A program made the position numbers and the translations under genes. A stretch of DNA of 64,000 bases from a virus: positions 1 through 64,000 of the IMG/VR virus record IMGVR_UViG_3300045988_119787; one strand, given 5' to 3'. This document shows, piece by piece, positions 45,451-54,546 of the stretch (its first letter is position 1; each line of letters opens with the position of its first letter). The notes under the pieces are model-generated. The model was not told the origin of the DNA, made no database searches, and saw only the letters and a program-made list of their open reading frames with translations.

Positions 45451-47569
45451 AGAAGTAGATATTGATGAACTCGTTGCCGAGAACAAAAGACGGTATGATG
45501 AGATTTATGGCACCTACGACCCTTGGACGGGCGAAGGGTGTTATGATTTTGAACATCGCGAACTGCTGGAACTTCCGGACTTCATGATTTCGAAGATGTG
45601 GGTCCCCAAAGAATGTATGCGTACCTTATTATATAGGGGACTGAAACAGCTGGGCAGCATGAAGGAATACATCATCAGAGTATGGGGCAAGCAGTATGAA
45701 GAGAAGAGTTATTACACCAGACAGCTTAAAATGTTGCTCACCTTCGAAATCATGAAAGTCAGATTCAGAGAAGACCCTGAATTTGCCCTTTATTCTACCG
45801 ACAAGATTGAGGATAAGGTAAGCGGTGACATGATACCTTTTAAGCTGAACTATCCTCAGCGAAAACTCTTGAAGATTTTTGAGGACTTGAGAACCGGTGG
45901 CAGGGCTATCCGTGTAGTTATCCTAAAAGCTCGACAATGGGGTGGTTCTACCCTCACCCAGCTTTACATCAAATGGTTGCAGGATTTCAGAAAGGACGGT
46001 TGGAATGCTATCGTACTTGCCCAGCAGAAGAACACAGCAAAGAAAATCAAGGCAATGTATCGAAAGGCTTTGGAGAACCAACCGGGATGGACGATTGGCA
46101 GACCGGGAGCGAAGCTTCAATTCTCTCCTTACGAGAACTCGCCAGACGATTTCCAAGTTACAGACGGAATGAGGGCAATCCGAAGAAGTACACTGACTGT
46201 GGCTTCTTTCGAGAACTTCGATTCCGTGCGAGGTAGCAACTTCCACTGCGCTCACTATTCCGAGGTTGCTTACTGGAAGAAGACTCCCGAGCATGATCCT
46301 GAGGGTGTGATTTCGTCAATATCGGGTGGTATCAGAAACCAAGAGGATAACCTAGAGGTATTCGAGAGTACCGGCAAGGGTAATTCGGGATTCTTCTATG
46401 ACAAGTGCCAGTTGGCGATGGACCCAAAGAACAATGATGCCTATTCGTTCCTGTTCATTCCTTGCTTCTTTATCGAGCATGATATGGAAGAGGTGAAGGA
46501 TGAGCGTGCCTTTGCAAGATGGCTGCTGGAGAACAGAGACAAGAGTACCAACCCGAAGGGCTACCGAGAAACAGGAAAGTTCTTCTGGCGAATGTGGGAG
46601 AAGGGTGCTTGCTTCCAAGCCATTGAGTGGTACAGAAACTTCCGCAACAAGTTTACCACCCATTCATTCTGTGCTACAGAGGCGCCAGTGGACGAAGAGG
46701 ACGCTTTCAGAAACTCAGGTAACTTGGTATTCAATCCGTACAGTATTGATGATTTGCAGAAGAAGTACAAGCGTGAACCGCTCTATACGGCAGACATCAT
46801 TGTTGACGGAAACAAGAATGACTCAACCATTGAGAAGTCGAAGGTGAGCATCAGAACAGATGGTGACGGAGACTTGAAAATTTGGGCTGTTCCTAACGTC
46901 CTGCAGGTGGAGAACAGATACTTGGTGAGCGTGGATATTGGCGGTAAGAGTACCACTTCTGACTATACCGTCATGACGGTGATAGACCGATTCGGAATGA
47001 TTCCGACCGTCAAGGGCAAACCGAAGGTAGTAGCTAGATACAGAGGTCATGTAAGACACGACAAGCTGGCGTGGATGGCTGCTGCCCTAGCCCATTACTA
47101 TGATGATGCCCTGCTGGTGATTGAGAGTAATACGGCTGACCGAGAGAAGAACAACAATACGGAAGGTGACCACTTCGGAAGCATCCTGAACGAGATTGCC
47201 GACTACTACGATAATCTTTATCAGCGAACCACAAGTCCGGAAGACGTGACCGATGATGTGCTTGCTAAGTACGGTTTCCAAACCAACAAACTGACAAAGG
47301 GATGGATAATTGACAACTTGGAGCAGTTTGTGGATGATATGCTCTGGGATGAGCCAGACAAGGAAATGTATCATGAGCTGAGAATCTATGAGCGACATGA
47401 TGATGGAAGTCTCGGCAACATCGTGGGCAACGGTAATCATGATGATGTTCTGATGAGTACGGCAATCGGTCTTTGGGTGAGTGCCAACGACATGGAGAAG
47501 CCTCAATGGAAGAAGAAAGAAAAAACAAGAAGCGGTGGTGACGGTGTGTATACTGCTGCAAAAATATAA
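45437..47569 (+). CDS. terL: Terminase large subunit (710 aa)
   Basis: Walker A-like KARQWGGST; coupling region FHCAHYSEVAYW; RNaseH-like nuclease motifs YLVSVDIGGKSTTSDYTVMTV and NHDDVLMSTAIG. Confidence 0.85.
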   Translation: MALVREVDIDELVAENKRRYDEIYGTYDPWTGEGCYDFEHRELLELPDFMISKMWVPKECMRTLLYRGLKQLGSMKEYIIRVWGKQYEEKSYYTRQLKMLLTFEIMKVRFREDPEFALYSTDKIEDKVSGDMIPFKLNYPQRKLLKIFEDLRTGGRAIRVVILKARQWGGSTLTQLYIKWLQDFRKDGWNAIVLAQQKNTAKKIKAMYRKALENQPGWTIGRPGAKLQFSPYENSPDDFQVTDGMRAIRRSTLTVASFENFDSVRGSNFHCAHYSEVAYWKKTPEHDPEGVISSISGGIRNQEDNLEVFESTGKGNSGFFYDKCQLAMDPKNNDAYSFLFIPCFFIEHDMEEVKDERAFARWLLENRDKSTNPKGYRETGKFFWRMWEKGACFQAIEWYRNFRNKFTTHSFCATEAPVDEEDAFRNSGNLVFNPYSIDDLQKKYKREPLYTADIIVDGNKNDSTIEKSKVSIRTDGDGDLKIWAVPNVLQVENRYLVSVDIGGKSTTSDYTVMTVIDRFGMIPTVKGKPKVVARYRGHVRHDKLAWMAAALAHYYDDALLVIESNTADREKNNNTEGDHFGSILNEIADYYDNLYQRTTSPEDVTDDVLAKYGFQTNKLTKGWIIDNLEQFVDDMLWDEPDKEMYHELRIYERHDDGSLGNIVGNGNHDDVLMSTAIGLWVSANDMEKPQWKKKEKTRSGGDGVYTAAKI

Positions 47570-47580
47570 ACAAAAGAGCT

Positions 47581-50244
47581 ATGGAGAGAAACTTGGAAAG
47601 AAAGACTTTGAGTTTTGGTAAGGGAATGACGAATGTGCCGAGTGACTTGCTTTCAGACGATTCAGAATTACTGGAGTCTGACGGCTTTATCTTTCGTGAT
47701 GGGGAAATGAAACCTATTCAGAATCCTGTCAAGATTGGTGAGATTGCGGGGCAGAAGATCATGTACGTTCACAAGATGGCAGACTATGAGAACATCATTG
47801 CTTACGATGAAGACCGGACTATCTACTGGTATATTAGAGGAAGCAACGGAATCGAAATGCCGCCTAGTGGAGTTCCTGCAAGTTTTGAAGTTGGAAAGGT
47901 AAAGGACATCAAGAGTGTGGGCAATACGCTGGTTGTTGCTACAAAGGGTGGCTTGCATTACCTTAAATATAAAGGGAACAGGTATAAGAACCTAGGAACG
48001 GAGTTGCCTAAGCCAGAAGTGCATTTCTATATGTTTTATGCAGGAAACGTAAAAGCTGATTCAAGCATTAAATATGAAGGGTTCGTAAATCGTAAAAAAC
48101 TAACCATCCAATATGATGCCAATGGTAACGTGTGCAAAATCCAAAAGCTCCGCTACATAAACAATAGAGGTGATACAGGCTTGAACAATATTAATGTTAC
48201 AACAAATCCCCCAATGAGCAAGGAAGAGTTTTGGGCGTATGGAGTGACCAACGATGAAGATAACAACAAGAACTTGTTTCAGTCAGCTGTAGTTGGTCAT
48301 GTGTCTTCCATTATCAACAAAGCAGCAGAAGATAATATTTTCCTGTTTCCGTTTTTCGTAAGGTCTGCGCTTAAATTATTTGATGGAACGTACGCACGCA
48401 TTTCAAATCCGGTTGTCTGCTATCCATGCGTCACAGCAAACTGCAATTCCTATGTTTACGAAAAGGAAGCGAGTATCAATCTGTACGGCTATACTCTTTC
48501 CTATTCCATTTCTATACCAAATAGTGATGATTGGAAGGATATCGTTAAGAATATCAGCCTGTTTGCTACCAAAGGCGTGCAACCATTCAAGCTGGATAAA
48601 GACTGGAAGTTTGCCTATCCCGACGAAGTGTACGGAAAAGCATTTAATGACTTCCTAAGTGGCGATGTTTATAAGAAATCTATATTTTCAAGAAATGGTG
48701 GTTCTACAGACGAGCCATGTATGAGAATCATGCCTGAATATAAAACGGAAGACGATATTAGGGAAGAACTACTTGACAGAAGCGTGTTTTATAAGATAGA
48801 ACAGATAGGAATCAACTCTTCTAAGTTGAACGGCACAACACAGAAGGCAGAAATAAAGGACGGTGTTTTGTCCAATCTTGAGACACAGGAACAGCTGCAG
48901 AAAGATGATTACTACGGCTGGGCACACTACGTTTTTGACAAGATGTTTGCATACAACGGGAGACTGAACTCTTTTGGCGCAAAGAGAAAGCCTTTCGATG
49001 GGTTTAATCATTTCACGGCTCTAGATGGTGAACCACGAAACGAATACAAATACTACGTGAAGATTGAAGCAAACTCCATGTCAACATGGGTAGAATCAGA
49101 GGCGGGCATCGGAAGGACATGTGCGCTGACCGGTTGGTTCTATTATCCTGACCCTAATGCGTCAGAGGTAATCATATATGATCCACAGCATCAGAGAGGA
49201 ATCCGATTTGAGCTGCAACAGCATCCTCGTCTGAACGGTGCTTACCATTTCGGAAAACTGGAAAATGATGTAAGTTGGGATACAAGCATAAGCATTCCTT
49301 CAACTGACAACGGTGCTCAGGAAGATTTGAACTCTCAGATATTTACGTCTGTCGTGAACAACCCGTTTGTGTTTGAAGCATCTGGAGACAATACAGTAGG
49401 CACCGGCAGAATATTGGGCATTGCAGCCAACACCGAGGCGGTAAGCCAAGGACAGTTCGGTCAATATCCATTGATTGTATTTACGGACGAAGGAATCTAC
49501 GGCATGTCGGTAAATTCAGAAGGTTTGTATAGCGCCAGCCATCCAATTTCAAGAGAAGTATGTAATGAAGATTCACCATTTGTGCCTACAGACAGACTGG
49601 TATACTTTACGTCAAAGAGAGGATTGATGGCTTCTAGCGGTGGTCAGGTAGCGTGCATGAGCGAACAGCTCAGAGGGCGCACACCAAGAAACTTCATATC
49701 CGTGGGTGATGGAAAGTTCCTGGAGTTTTTGGCGAATTGTCTTATCGCCTACGATTATCGGGATTCCCTGTTGAGAATATTCAGCCAAGACAAGGACTAC
49801 CAATATATATATAATATGGTAGACAAGACTTTCTCTATAGCGAACAGCGGAATAATGGCAAAGGCTGTAGTGAATGATTATCCTGACAACCTGATTCAAG
49901 ACATCGACGGAAATGTATATTCGCTCATGGCTAAGCCGGACATCAACGATGATACGGACAACTACAGAGGCTCCTTCACTACCCGACCATTGAAGCTGGG
50001 CGGTAGCATGAACTTGAAATCGCTCAGAGCAGTGAAGCATCTGTTTGATTCCGATAACGGAAAGATTGCCATGGAGATTTACGGAAGCAACGACTGCAAG
50101 CACTGGTGCAAATTGATTTCGCTCGGTGGCAAGCCTTGGAAATACTTCACGTTCAAATATGCGTTGACGAACTTCAAGGCAACAGATTCCTTTGCAGGAA
50201 GCATTGTTGAGGTACAGAACAGAAGAGAAGACAAAATAAGATAA
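47581..50244 (+). CDS. Large virion-module protein (887 aa), function unknown (possible tail/nozzle component)
   Basis: ORF track. Last gene of the rightward head operon; a hairpin follows. Confidence 0.55.
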   Translation: MERNLERKTLSFGKGMTNVPSDLLSDDSELLESDGFIFRDGEMKPIQNPVKIGEIAGQKIMYVHKMADYENIIAYDEDRTIYWYIRGSNGIEMPPSGVPASFEVGKVKDIKSVGNTLVVATKGGLHYLKYKGNRYKNLGTELPKPEVHFYMFYAGNVKADSSIKYEGFVNRKKLTIQYDANGNVCKIQKLRYINNRGDTGLNNINVTTNPPMSKEEFWAYGVTNDEDNNKNLFQSAVVGHVSSIINKAAEDNIFLFPFFVRSALKLFDGTYARISNPVVCYPCVTANCNSYVYEKEASINLYGYTLSYSISIPNSDDWKDIVKNISLFATKGVQPFKLDKDWKFAYPDEVYGKAFNDFLSGDVYKKSIFSRNGGSTDEPCMRIMPEYKTEDDIREELLDRSVFYKIEQIGINSSKLNGTTQKAEIKDGVLSNLETQEQLQKDDYYGWAHYVFDKMFAYNGRLNSFGAKRKPFDGFNHFTALDGEPRNEYKYYVKIEANSMSTWVESEAGIGRTCALTGWFYYPDPNASEVIIYDPQHQRGIRFELQQHPRLNGAYHFGKLENDVSWDTSISIPSTDNGAQEDLNSQIFTSVVNNPFVFEASGDNTVGTGRILGIAANTEAVSQGQFGQYPLIVFTDEGIYGMSVNSEGLYSASHPISREVCNEDSPFVPTDRLVYFTSKRGLMASSGGQVACMSEQLRGRTPRNFISVGDGKFLEFLANCLIAYDYRDSLLRIFSQDKDYQYIYNMVDKTFSIANSGIMAKAVVNDYPDNLIQDIDGNVYSLMAKPDINDDTDNYRGSFTTRPLKLGGSMNLKSLRAVKHLFDSDNGKIAMEIYGSNDCKHWCKLISLGGKPWKYFTFKYALTNFKATDSFAGSIVEVQNRREDKIR

Positions 50245-50275
50245 AATTCTTTTTCCATAAGTTGATAACATAAAA

Positions 50276-50308
50276 GAAGGCGGCTACTCGTGATGAGCAG
50301 TCGCCTTC
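50276..50308. terminator. Hairpin between convergent genes
   Basis: GAAGGCG...CGCCTTC 7-bp GC stem with inner partial pairing. Confidence 0.5.
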
Positions 50309-50326
50309 GCAGTTAATAACTAAAAA

Positions 50327-50812
50327 TCAACTGAACCTATGAAACATTTTACGAAGAAATCCTATAGAATATCCTAACCAGAAGCAATATAGATGTAGAG
50401 TTCCATTGACATCATTCAACAGCATGGTAAAGAGAATGAACGGCATTGCCTTCTTGGTAGCCTCTTTCCACCTGCCGGTCTTTCCCCACATGATGCCGAG
50501 TGCGGAAAAGAGAAATCCCGACAACCCCATTGTCGGCTCTGTAACGAACATGGGCAGGAAGCTGGCTGCTACTGCTGTCACGAACGAAAGGGTTACATCT
50601 ATCTTATTCTTTATACTCCAAAGCACCATCAGATTGATGAGCAGATGGAATAAGTTGACATGAAAGAAGCTGTAGACGAAATGATTTTCAATCGGGCAAC
50701 CCTGATAGAAGCCTACGTGCTGCGTGCATAGAACCAGGCAGACAAGACTAAGAATCAGCTTGATCAGAAAGTTTCTTCTTGCGAAGGTCCATTTCCCTAT
50801 AACTCTTTCCAT
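50327..50812 (-). CDS. Rhomboid-family intramembrane serine protease (compact, 161 aa, six predicted TM helices)
   Basis: TM2 FFHVNLFHLLINL (GlpG-like H-x4-H-x3-N), TM4 MGLSGFLFSALG (GxSG catalytic Ser), TM6 TLHLYCFWLGYSIG (catalytic His, GxxxG). Confidence 0.8.
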   Translation of the reverse strand: MERVIGKWTFARRNFLIKLILSLVCLVLCTQHVGFYQGCPIENHFVYSFFHVNLFHLLINLMVLWSIKNKIDVTLSFVTAVAASFLPMFVTEPTMGLSGFLFSALGIMWGKTGRWKEATKKAMPFILFTMLLNDVNGTLHLYCFWLGYSIGFLRKMFHRFS

Positions 50813-51203
50813 ATCTTTTGCAATAATTGAAGATGAACATCATGTTCTTTGGCTTGATGAAGAATTCCGGTGCAGGCTCACTCACCAAGAACTGACAGAT
50901 GAACCAGAGCGATTTCCCAAGGAACTCTTTTTTCTGTGACATTTCCATCAGCTTATCATACAAGGAGTAATACATTCTCCTCTTGTTGGGCTTCATGTTG
51001 TCAACGGTTGAGAAATCGCCAACAACCATTTTTTCGAGCTTTCTGTACGCCTGCTTGGGAGATACATAATATCTCGGAGCTGGCGACTTCACCACCTTCT
51101 CGTATGCTTCCTGCTGCGAATGGCAGGTAGGGGCTATAGCACGATACGCCTTCATCAGGTCGTCCCTCTGTCTTTCAATCAGTTCGAAATTTGTCTTCGT
51201 CAT
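50748..51203 (-). CDS. hypothetical protein (151 aa from the ATG; the track start 51236 is a TTG)
   Basis: ORF track. -7 box 23 nt upstream of the ATG at 51203. Its 3' end overlaps the rhomboid start by 65 nt. Confidence 0.55.
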   Translation of the reverse strand: MTKTNFELIERQRDDLMKAYRAIAPTCHSQQEAYEKVVKSPAPRYYVSPKQAYRKLEKMVVGDFSTVDNMKPNKRRMYYSLYDKLMEMSQKKEFLGKSLWFICQFLVSEPAPEFFIKPKNMMFIFNYCKRYGKSYREMDLRKKKLSDQADS

Positions 51204-51225
51204 AAACACGCTAGTTAAGATGGTG

Positions 51226-51233
51226 CAAATATA
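51226..51233 (-). promoter_or_regulatory. -7 promoter box (TATATTTG on the minus strand)
   Basis: Plus strand reads CAAATATA. Confidence 0.45.
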
Positions 51234-51325
51234 CAATTTATTTAGATTCTAACCAAATAAGCGTATAAAGATTTAAATAAGTTTAATATTAGACCGATTT
51301 TCATGGCATTACGAAAGAAAAAGCT

Positions 51326-51333
51326 TAATTTTG
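51326..51333 (+). promoter_or_regulatory. -7 promoter box (TAATTTTG), followed by a TGAGAT-GCAA-ATCTCA leader hairpin at 51342-51357
   Basis: TAnnTTTG match 71 nt upstream of the ATG at 51404. Confidence 0.45.
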
Positions 51334-51403
51334 CAACAAAATGAGATGCAAATCTCAGAAAAAGTTAGCAAAAAGTAAAATTAAACCATAAAATCATAAC
51401 AAA

Positions 51404-51574
51404 ATGAGAACAAAACAGGAAACACCTCTCTCGGAAGAGGAGAAAGCCTTAGTTATGGAAGGCTTATTGAGTAGGAAGATTTGGAGGTTCTATGAACTTC
51501 TAGCAAAGTGGGCACCCATACTGTTGATGCTTGGCCATTGGTATGGAGTATGGGACTATGGGCGTTATCCCTAG
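51404..51574 (+). CDS. Small ORF (56 aa) below the track threshold, hydrophobic C-terminus
   Basis: Hand translation: MRTKQETPLSEEEKALVMEGLLSRKIWRFYELLAKWAPILLMLGHWYGVWDYGRYP. Confidence 0.35.
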   Translation: MRTKQETPLSEEEKALVMEGLLSRKIWRFYELLAKWAPILLMLGHWYGVWDYGRYP

Positions 51575-51890
51575 ACCTACCATCACAGATACCGACTGCA
51601 ACGGTAACTGCATCATCTGGATTTACGTGCTGTCGTATATCTATATGCCTTTATCCATGATTCCCGTGAGTTTCTTTTTCAGATACTGCTGGATTTTCCG
51701 CATCCCATTCTTCTATTTCATTGGCATCAATGCCATCAGACTGTATTACCATCACTGGCTCATCACTCCAGAGCAACTGGAAATGCACCATGTGTTCATT
51801 ATATTCACTTTAATGCTATACGCTTATGGATTTATCAAAATCGCTCTATCACGTAGCAAAATCTGCATTCCACATGCTACAAAACGATGA
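51543..51890 (+). CDS. Polytopic membrane protein (about 115 aa), overlapping both neighbours in other frames
   Basis: ORF track 51531..51890 (TTG start); ATG at 51543; several hydrophobic helices. Confidence 0.4.
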   Translation: MEYGTMGVIPRPTITDTDCNGNCIIWIYVLSYIYMPLSMIPVSFFFRYCWIFRIPFFYFIGINAIRLYYHHWLITPEQLEMHHVFIIFTLMLYAYGFIKIALSRSKICIPHATKR

Positions 51891-52287
51891 ATGCGGATTC
51901 ACAGAGGAAGAAGAGCAAATCGTTCAACGTAATCTCCTATACTGGATGGAGAGAAGACATCACTTCGATGAGCACTCAGGAAGAGCCTGCATTGCGAACA
52001 TCTACTACTTTGACAGTGATGTACACAAGGAGTATGCGCCTTACTTTGACTTTGAGGAGCTGAAGAAGGAGTATGATCGTTTGGCTTGGGACATTCCCGA
52101 CTACAACTTCTGGGATTTTGCAGTGACGATGAATAAGATGTACGCTGACCACATTGACGTGGTAGGTAGATGGTCCAAAAGCAAGGAAACAACAAGGAAA
52201 AGAATTTCTGAACTGTCTGTCAGTTTCCTTTGCGACGAGTCAACAAACCACCCTACTGATAAAATCTGGTGGTACATGAATAGCTAG
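51826..52287 (+). CDS. hypothetical protein (153 aa)
   Basis: ORF track. Confidence 0.5.
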   Translation: MDLSKSLYHVAKSAFHMLQNDECGFTEEEEQIVQRNLLYWMERRHHFDEHSGRACIANIYYFDSDVHKEYAPYFDFEELKKEYDRLAWDIPDYNFWDFAVTMNKMYADHIDVVGRWSKSKETTRKRISELSVSFLCDESTNHPTDKIWWYMNS

Positions 52288-52288
52288 T

Positions 52289-52329
52289 TTGGAATACCGC
52301 AAAACGTATTGGGAAGACCAGTAACTTTG
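52289..52329 (+). promoter_or_regulatory. Late promoter copy 4: TTGGAATACCGCAAAA element plus -7 box TAACTTTG, driving the lysis cassette
   Basis: TTGGAATACCGCAAAACGTATTGGGAAGACCAGTAACTTTG. The first 21 nt are identical to copy 1; 33-nt offset. Confidence 0.65.
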
Positions 52330-52356
52330 TAGCCATTAATCAAAAATAAATGATAT

Positions 52357-52806
52357 ATGGCTGAAATAATTCATACATTCTTGCAAGAGCACCTGTATAG
52401 GTCGGCATTGATCATTGCCATCTGTATGGGTGCTCTTATCATTTCTATGGGCGTGGACCTGTTCTTCGGCATCAAGAAAGCGAAAGAGAACGGACTGGCT
52501 ACGACAAGTACAGGATTCAAGAAGACTTGCGACAAGGCAAGGAAGTATTTTTCGCCCTTCATGGTGACGGTCTGCATAGACCTGATTGCCTGTACGGTTC
52601 TCCCCTTCCCGATTTTCTCCATGATTTGGGTTGGCTATTGCGTGTTCTGTGAATTTGTAAGTGTAAGAGAAAAGAGCTGGCAGAAGGCTGAGATACGGAA
52701 ACAAGAGAAGACGGTAAGCATTCTTCTGGAGAACAAAGAGGACCTTGCTAGGGCTTTTGCCGAGATTATGAAGGAACTGGAAAAGGAGAAGGAGGCAAAA
52801 GGATGA
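52357..52806 (+). CDS. Holin (149 aa, three TM helices)
   Basis: MGVDLFFGIKKAKENGLATTSTGFKKTCDK resembles the phage holin (Holin_4_1-type) signature. Directly precedes the endolysin. Confidence 0.7.
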   Translation: MAEIIHTFLQEHLYRSALIIAICMGALIISMGVDLFFGIKKAKENGLATTSTGFKKTCDKARKYFSPFMVTVCIDLIACTVLPFPIFSMIWVGYCVFCEFVSVREKSWQKAEIRKQEKTVSILLENKEDLARAFAEIMKELEKEKEAKG

Positions 52807-53348
52807 AGATAACTAGAAAACAAATGGTGAATGCTGTAGGAAATGTTGATAAAATTGACATTCTCCTACATTATATCAACATCTATCTTGATGTCTTTGA
52901 CATCAATACTCCTCTGAGAGCAGCACACTTTATGGCACAATGCTGTCACGAAACTGGCGGTCTGAAATTCCTGAAAGAGAAGGGCAATTCCAAGTATTTC
53001 AAGAAATATGAGCAGGGAAGACTCGGAAAGATTCTTGGCAATACTCAGACTGGAGACGGTGAGAAGTACAAGGGTCGTGGCTTGCTGCACCTTACTGGCA
53101 GAGCCAACTACAAGGCTTATCAGAAGTCTGGATATTGCAAGGGCGACATCATGGAGAATCCGGAATTGCTGGAGCAACCGATTGGTGCTATCAAGAGTGG
53201 TATGTGGTGGTGGATGAAGCATAAACTGAATGCTCTTGCCGACAAGGATGCTTTCGAGGCGATTACGAGAAGAGTGAACGGTGGAACAAACGGACTGGAA
53301 GACCGAGGAAGATGGCTAAGAATTTGGAAAAAGGAGTTATGCGCATGA
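52803..53348 (+). CDS. Endolysin, glycoside hydrolase family 19 (chitinase-like) fold (181 aa)
   Basis: AAHFMAQCCHETGG ... E ... YKGRGLLHLTGRANY. Confidence 0.85.
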   Translation: MKITRKQMVNAVGNVDKIDILLHYINIYLDVFDINTPLRAAHFMAQCCHETGGLKFLKEKGNSKYFKKYEQGRLGKILGNTQTGDGEKYKGRGLLHLTGRANYKAYQKSGYCKGDIMENPELLEQPIGAIKSGMWWWMKHKLNALADKDAFEAITRRVNGGTNGLEDRGRWLRIWKKELCA

Positions 53349-53785
53349 AATGGTATGATATTAGGTTTTGGAAATGGGCGTGTGTAGCCTTGGCTATTGG
53401 TGTTATCCTGCTAGCCTTTACTGGCTGCAAGACTAAGGAATACATCAAGATTCCAGAATATCACACGGAATACATCGTGAGAACCGACACAGTTGCCAAG
53501 ACGGATAGTATATACATGAAGGATTCTGTACATGTCTTTCAGAAGGGTGATACGGTGGTGATTAGCAAGGTTGCTTATCGGGACCGCTACCATAATATAT
53601 ATAAGGTGAAGCTTGACACTATCTTTAGGCATGATTCTATTGAGGTTCCTGTGCCATGTGAGCGGACGCTTACCAAGAGCGAGCAGAGACTCATGACGCT
53701 AGGAAGGTGCTATATAGCCTTTCTCTTCTTAGTGGTTGTTGTCGGAATTGGGTTTGCCTTCTGGTATCATAATAAAAAATGCTAG
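53339..53785 (+). CDS. Unimolecular spanin candidate: N-terminal lipoprotein signal plus C-terminal TM anchor
   Basis: Start set at MRMKWYD. Lipobox-like LLAFTGC, a beta-rich middle, and C-terminal IAFLFLVVVVGIGFAFW. Last of the holin-endolysin-spanin order. Confidence 0.55.
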   Translation: MRMKWYDIRFWKWACVALAIGVILLAFTGCKTKEYIKIPEYHTEYIVRTDTVAKTDSIYMKDSVHVFQKGDTVVISKVAYRDRYHNIYKVKLDTIFRHDSIEVPVPCERTLTKSEQRLMTLGRCYIAFLFLVVVVGIGFAFWYHNKKC

Positions 53786-53788
53786 CGT

Positions 53789-54100
53789 ATGGCTGAGATT
53801 AGTGAAGAACTCAAGATGATAGACTCGCTCCTGATGGAATTTCACGAGCGCATTCAAAGTGGAAGATGCTTGACCAACAAGCTCCAAAATAACATGATGT
53901 TGAAGTTCTTGCACGAAATCGCCAACAAGGATGAGCCGATCAGTAAAGCTGAGGCTTGCAGTTATGTCCGTGTTTCCAGGGCTACCTTTGACCGGTTGGT
54001 CAAGGAAGGAAGACTTCCAAAAGGACAGAAGCGCAAAGGATGGACCGAACTGATTTGGTACGAAAAGGATTTGGATAAATACATAGATAAGTTGATTTAA
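53789..54100 (+). CDS. Excisionase/AlpA-type (HTH_17-like) DNA-binding protein (103 aa)
   Basis: ISKAEACSYVRVSRATFDRLVKEGRLPKGQKRKGWTELIWYEKDL. Confidence 0.55.
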   Translation: MAEISEELKMIDSLLMEFHERIQSGRCLTNKLQNNMMLKFLHEIANKDEPISKAEACSYVRVSRATFDRLVKEGRLPKGQKRKGWTELIWYEKDLDKYIDKLI

Positions 54101-54156
54101 TTTTACTTTTTTAGTTTTTCATAGGGTTTAAATTTATTATGTTAATTGTCTTTGAC

Positions 54157-54196
54157 GAAAAAAATCCCCACTCGGCTGTGATAGCTGGGTGGGGAT
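54157..54196 (-). terminator. Rho-independent terminator of the leftward early block (may act in both directions)
   Basis: ATCCCCAC (54164-54171) pairs with GTGGGGAT (54189-54196). On the minus strand a T7 run follows (A7 at 54157-54163). Confidence 0.65.
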
Positions 54197-54202
54197 TGTG
54201 GG

Positions 54203-54544
54203 TTAATCGCCAAGAATATCCTTGATTTTCTTTTCGATGAACTCATCAGAAGTACTCTCCTTTATTATGGCATCAATGTCTGGTAACTCTGCATCAACTT
54301 TGTCTTCTTTCATTTTTGAGGTAAGCATGCCAATTACCAGTTTCGTCCAAGGGCTATTAACCATATTTGCCAATGAATCCTTTTGAAGCTCATAGGCTTT
54401 CTTTAACTCTCCGTTATCACGGAAATATCTGAGCACTTCCGTCAATGCAGTAACAAAGTTCTTGTCAGACATCGGGTTGCTCTTTGCCTCTTCCAGTTTA
54501 AGCATTAGGAAGAGTAATGATGAATGTAAATCTGTTTTGTTCAT
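54203..54544 (-). CDS. hypothetical protein (113 aa)
   Basis: ORF track; 2-nt gap to the upstream ORF. Confidence 0.55.
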   Translation of the reverse strand: MNKTDLHSSLLFLMLKLEEAKSNPMSDKNFVTALTEVLRYFRDNGELKKAYELQKDSLANMVNSPWTKLVIGMLTSKMKEDKVDAELPDIDAIIKESTSDEFIEKKIKDILGD

Positions 54545-54546
54545 AA

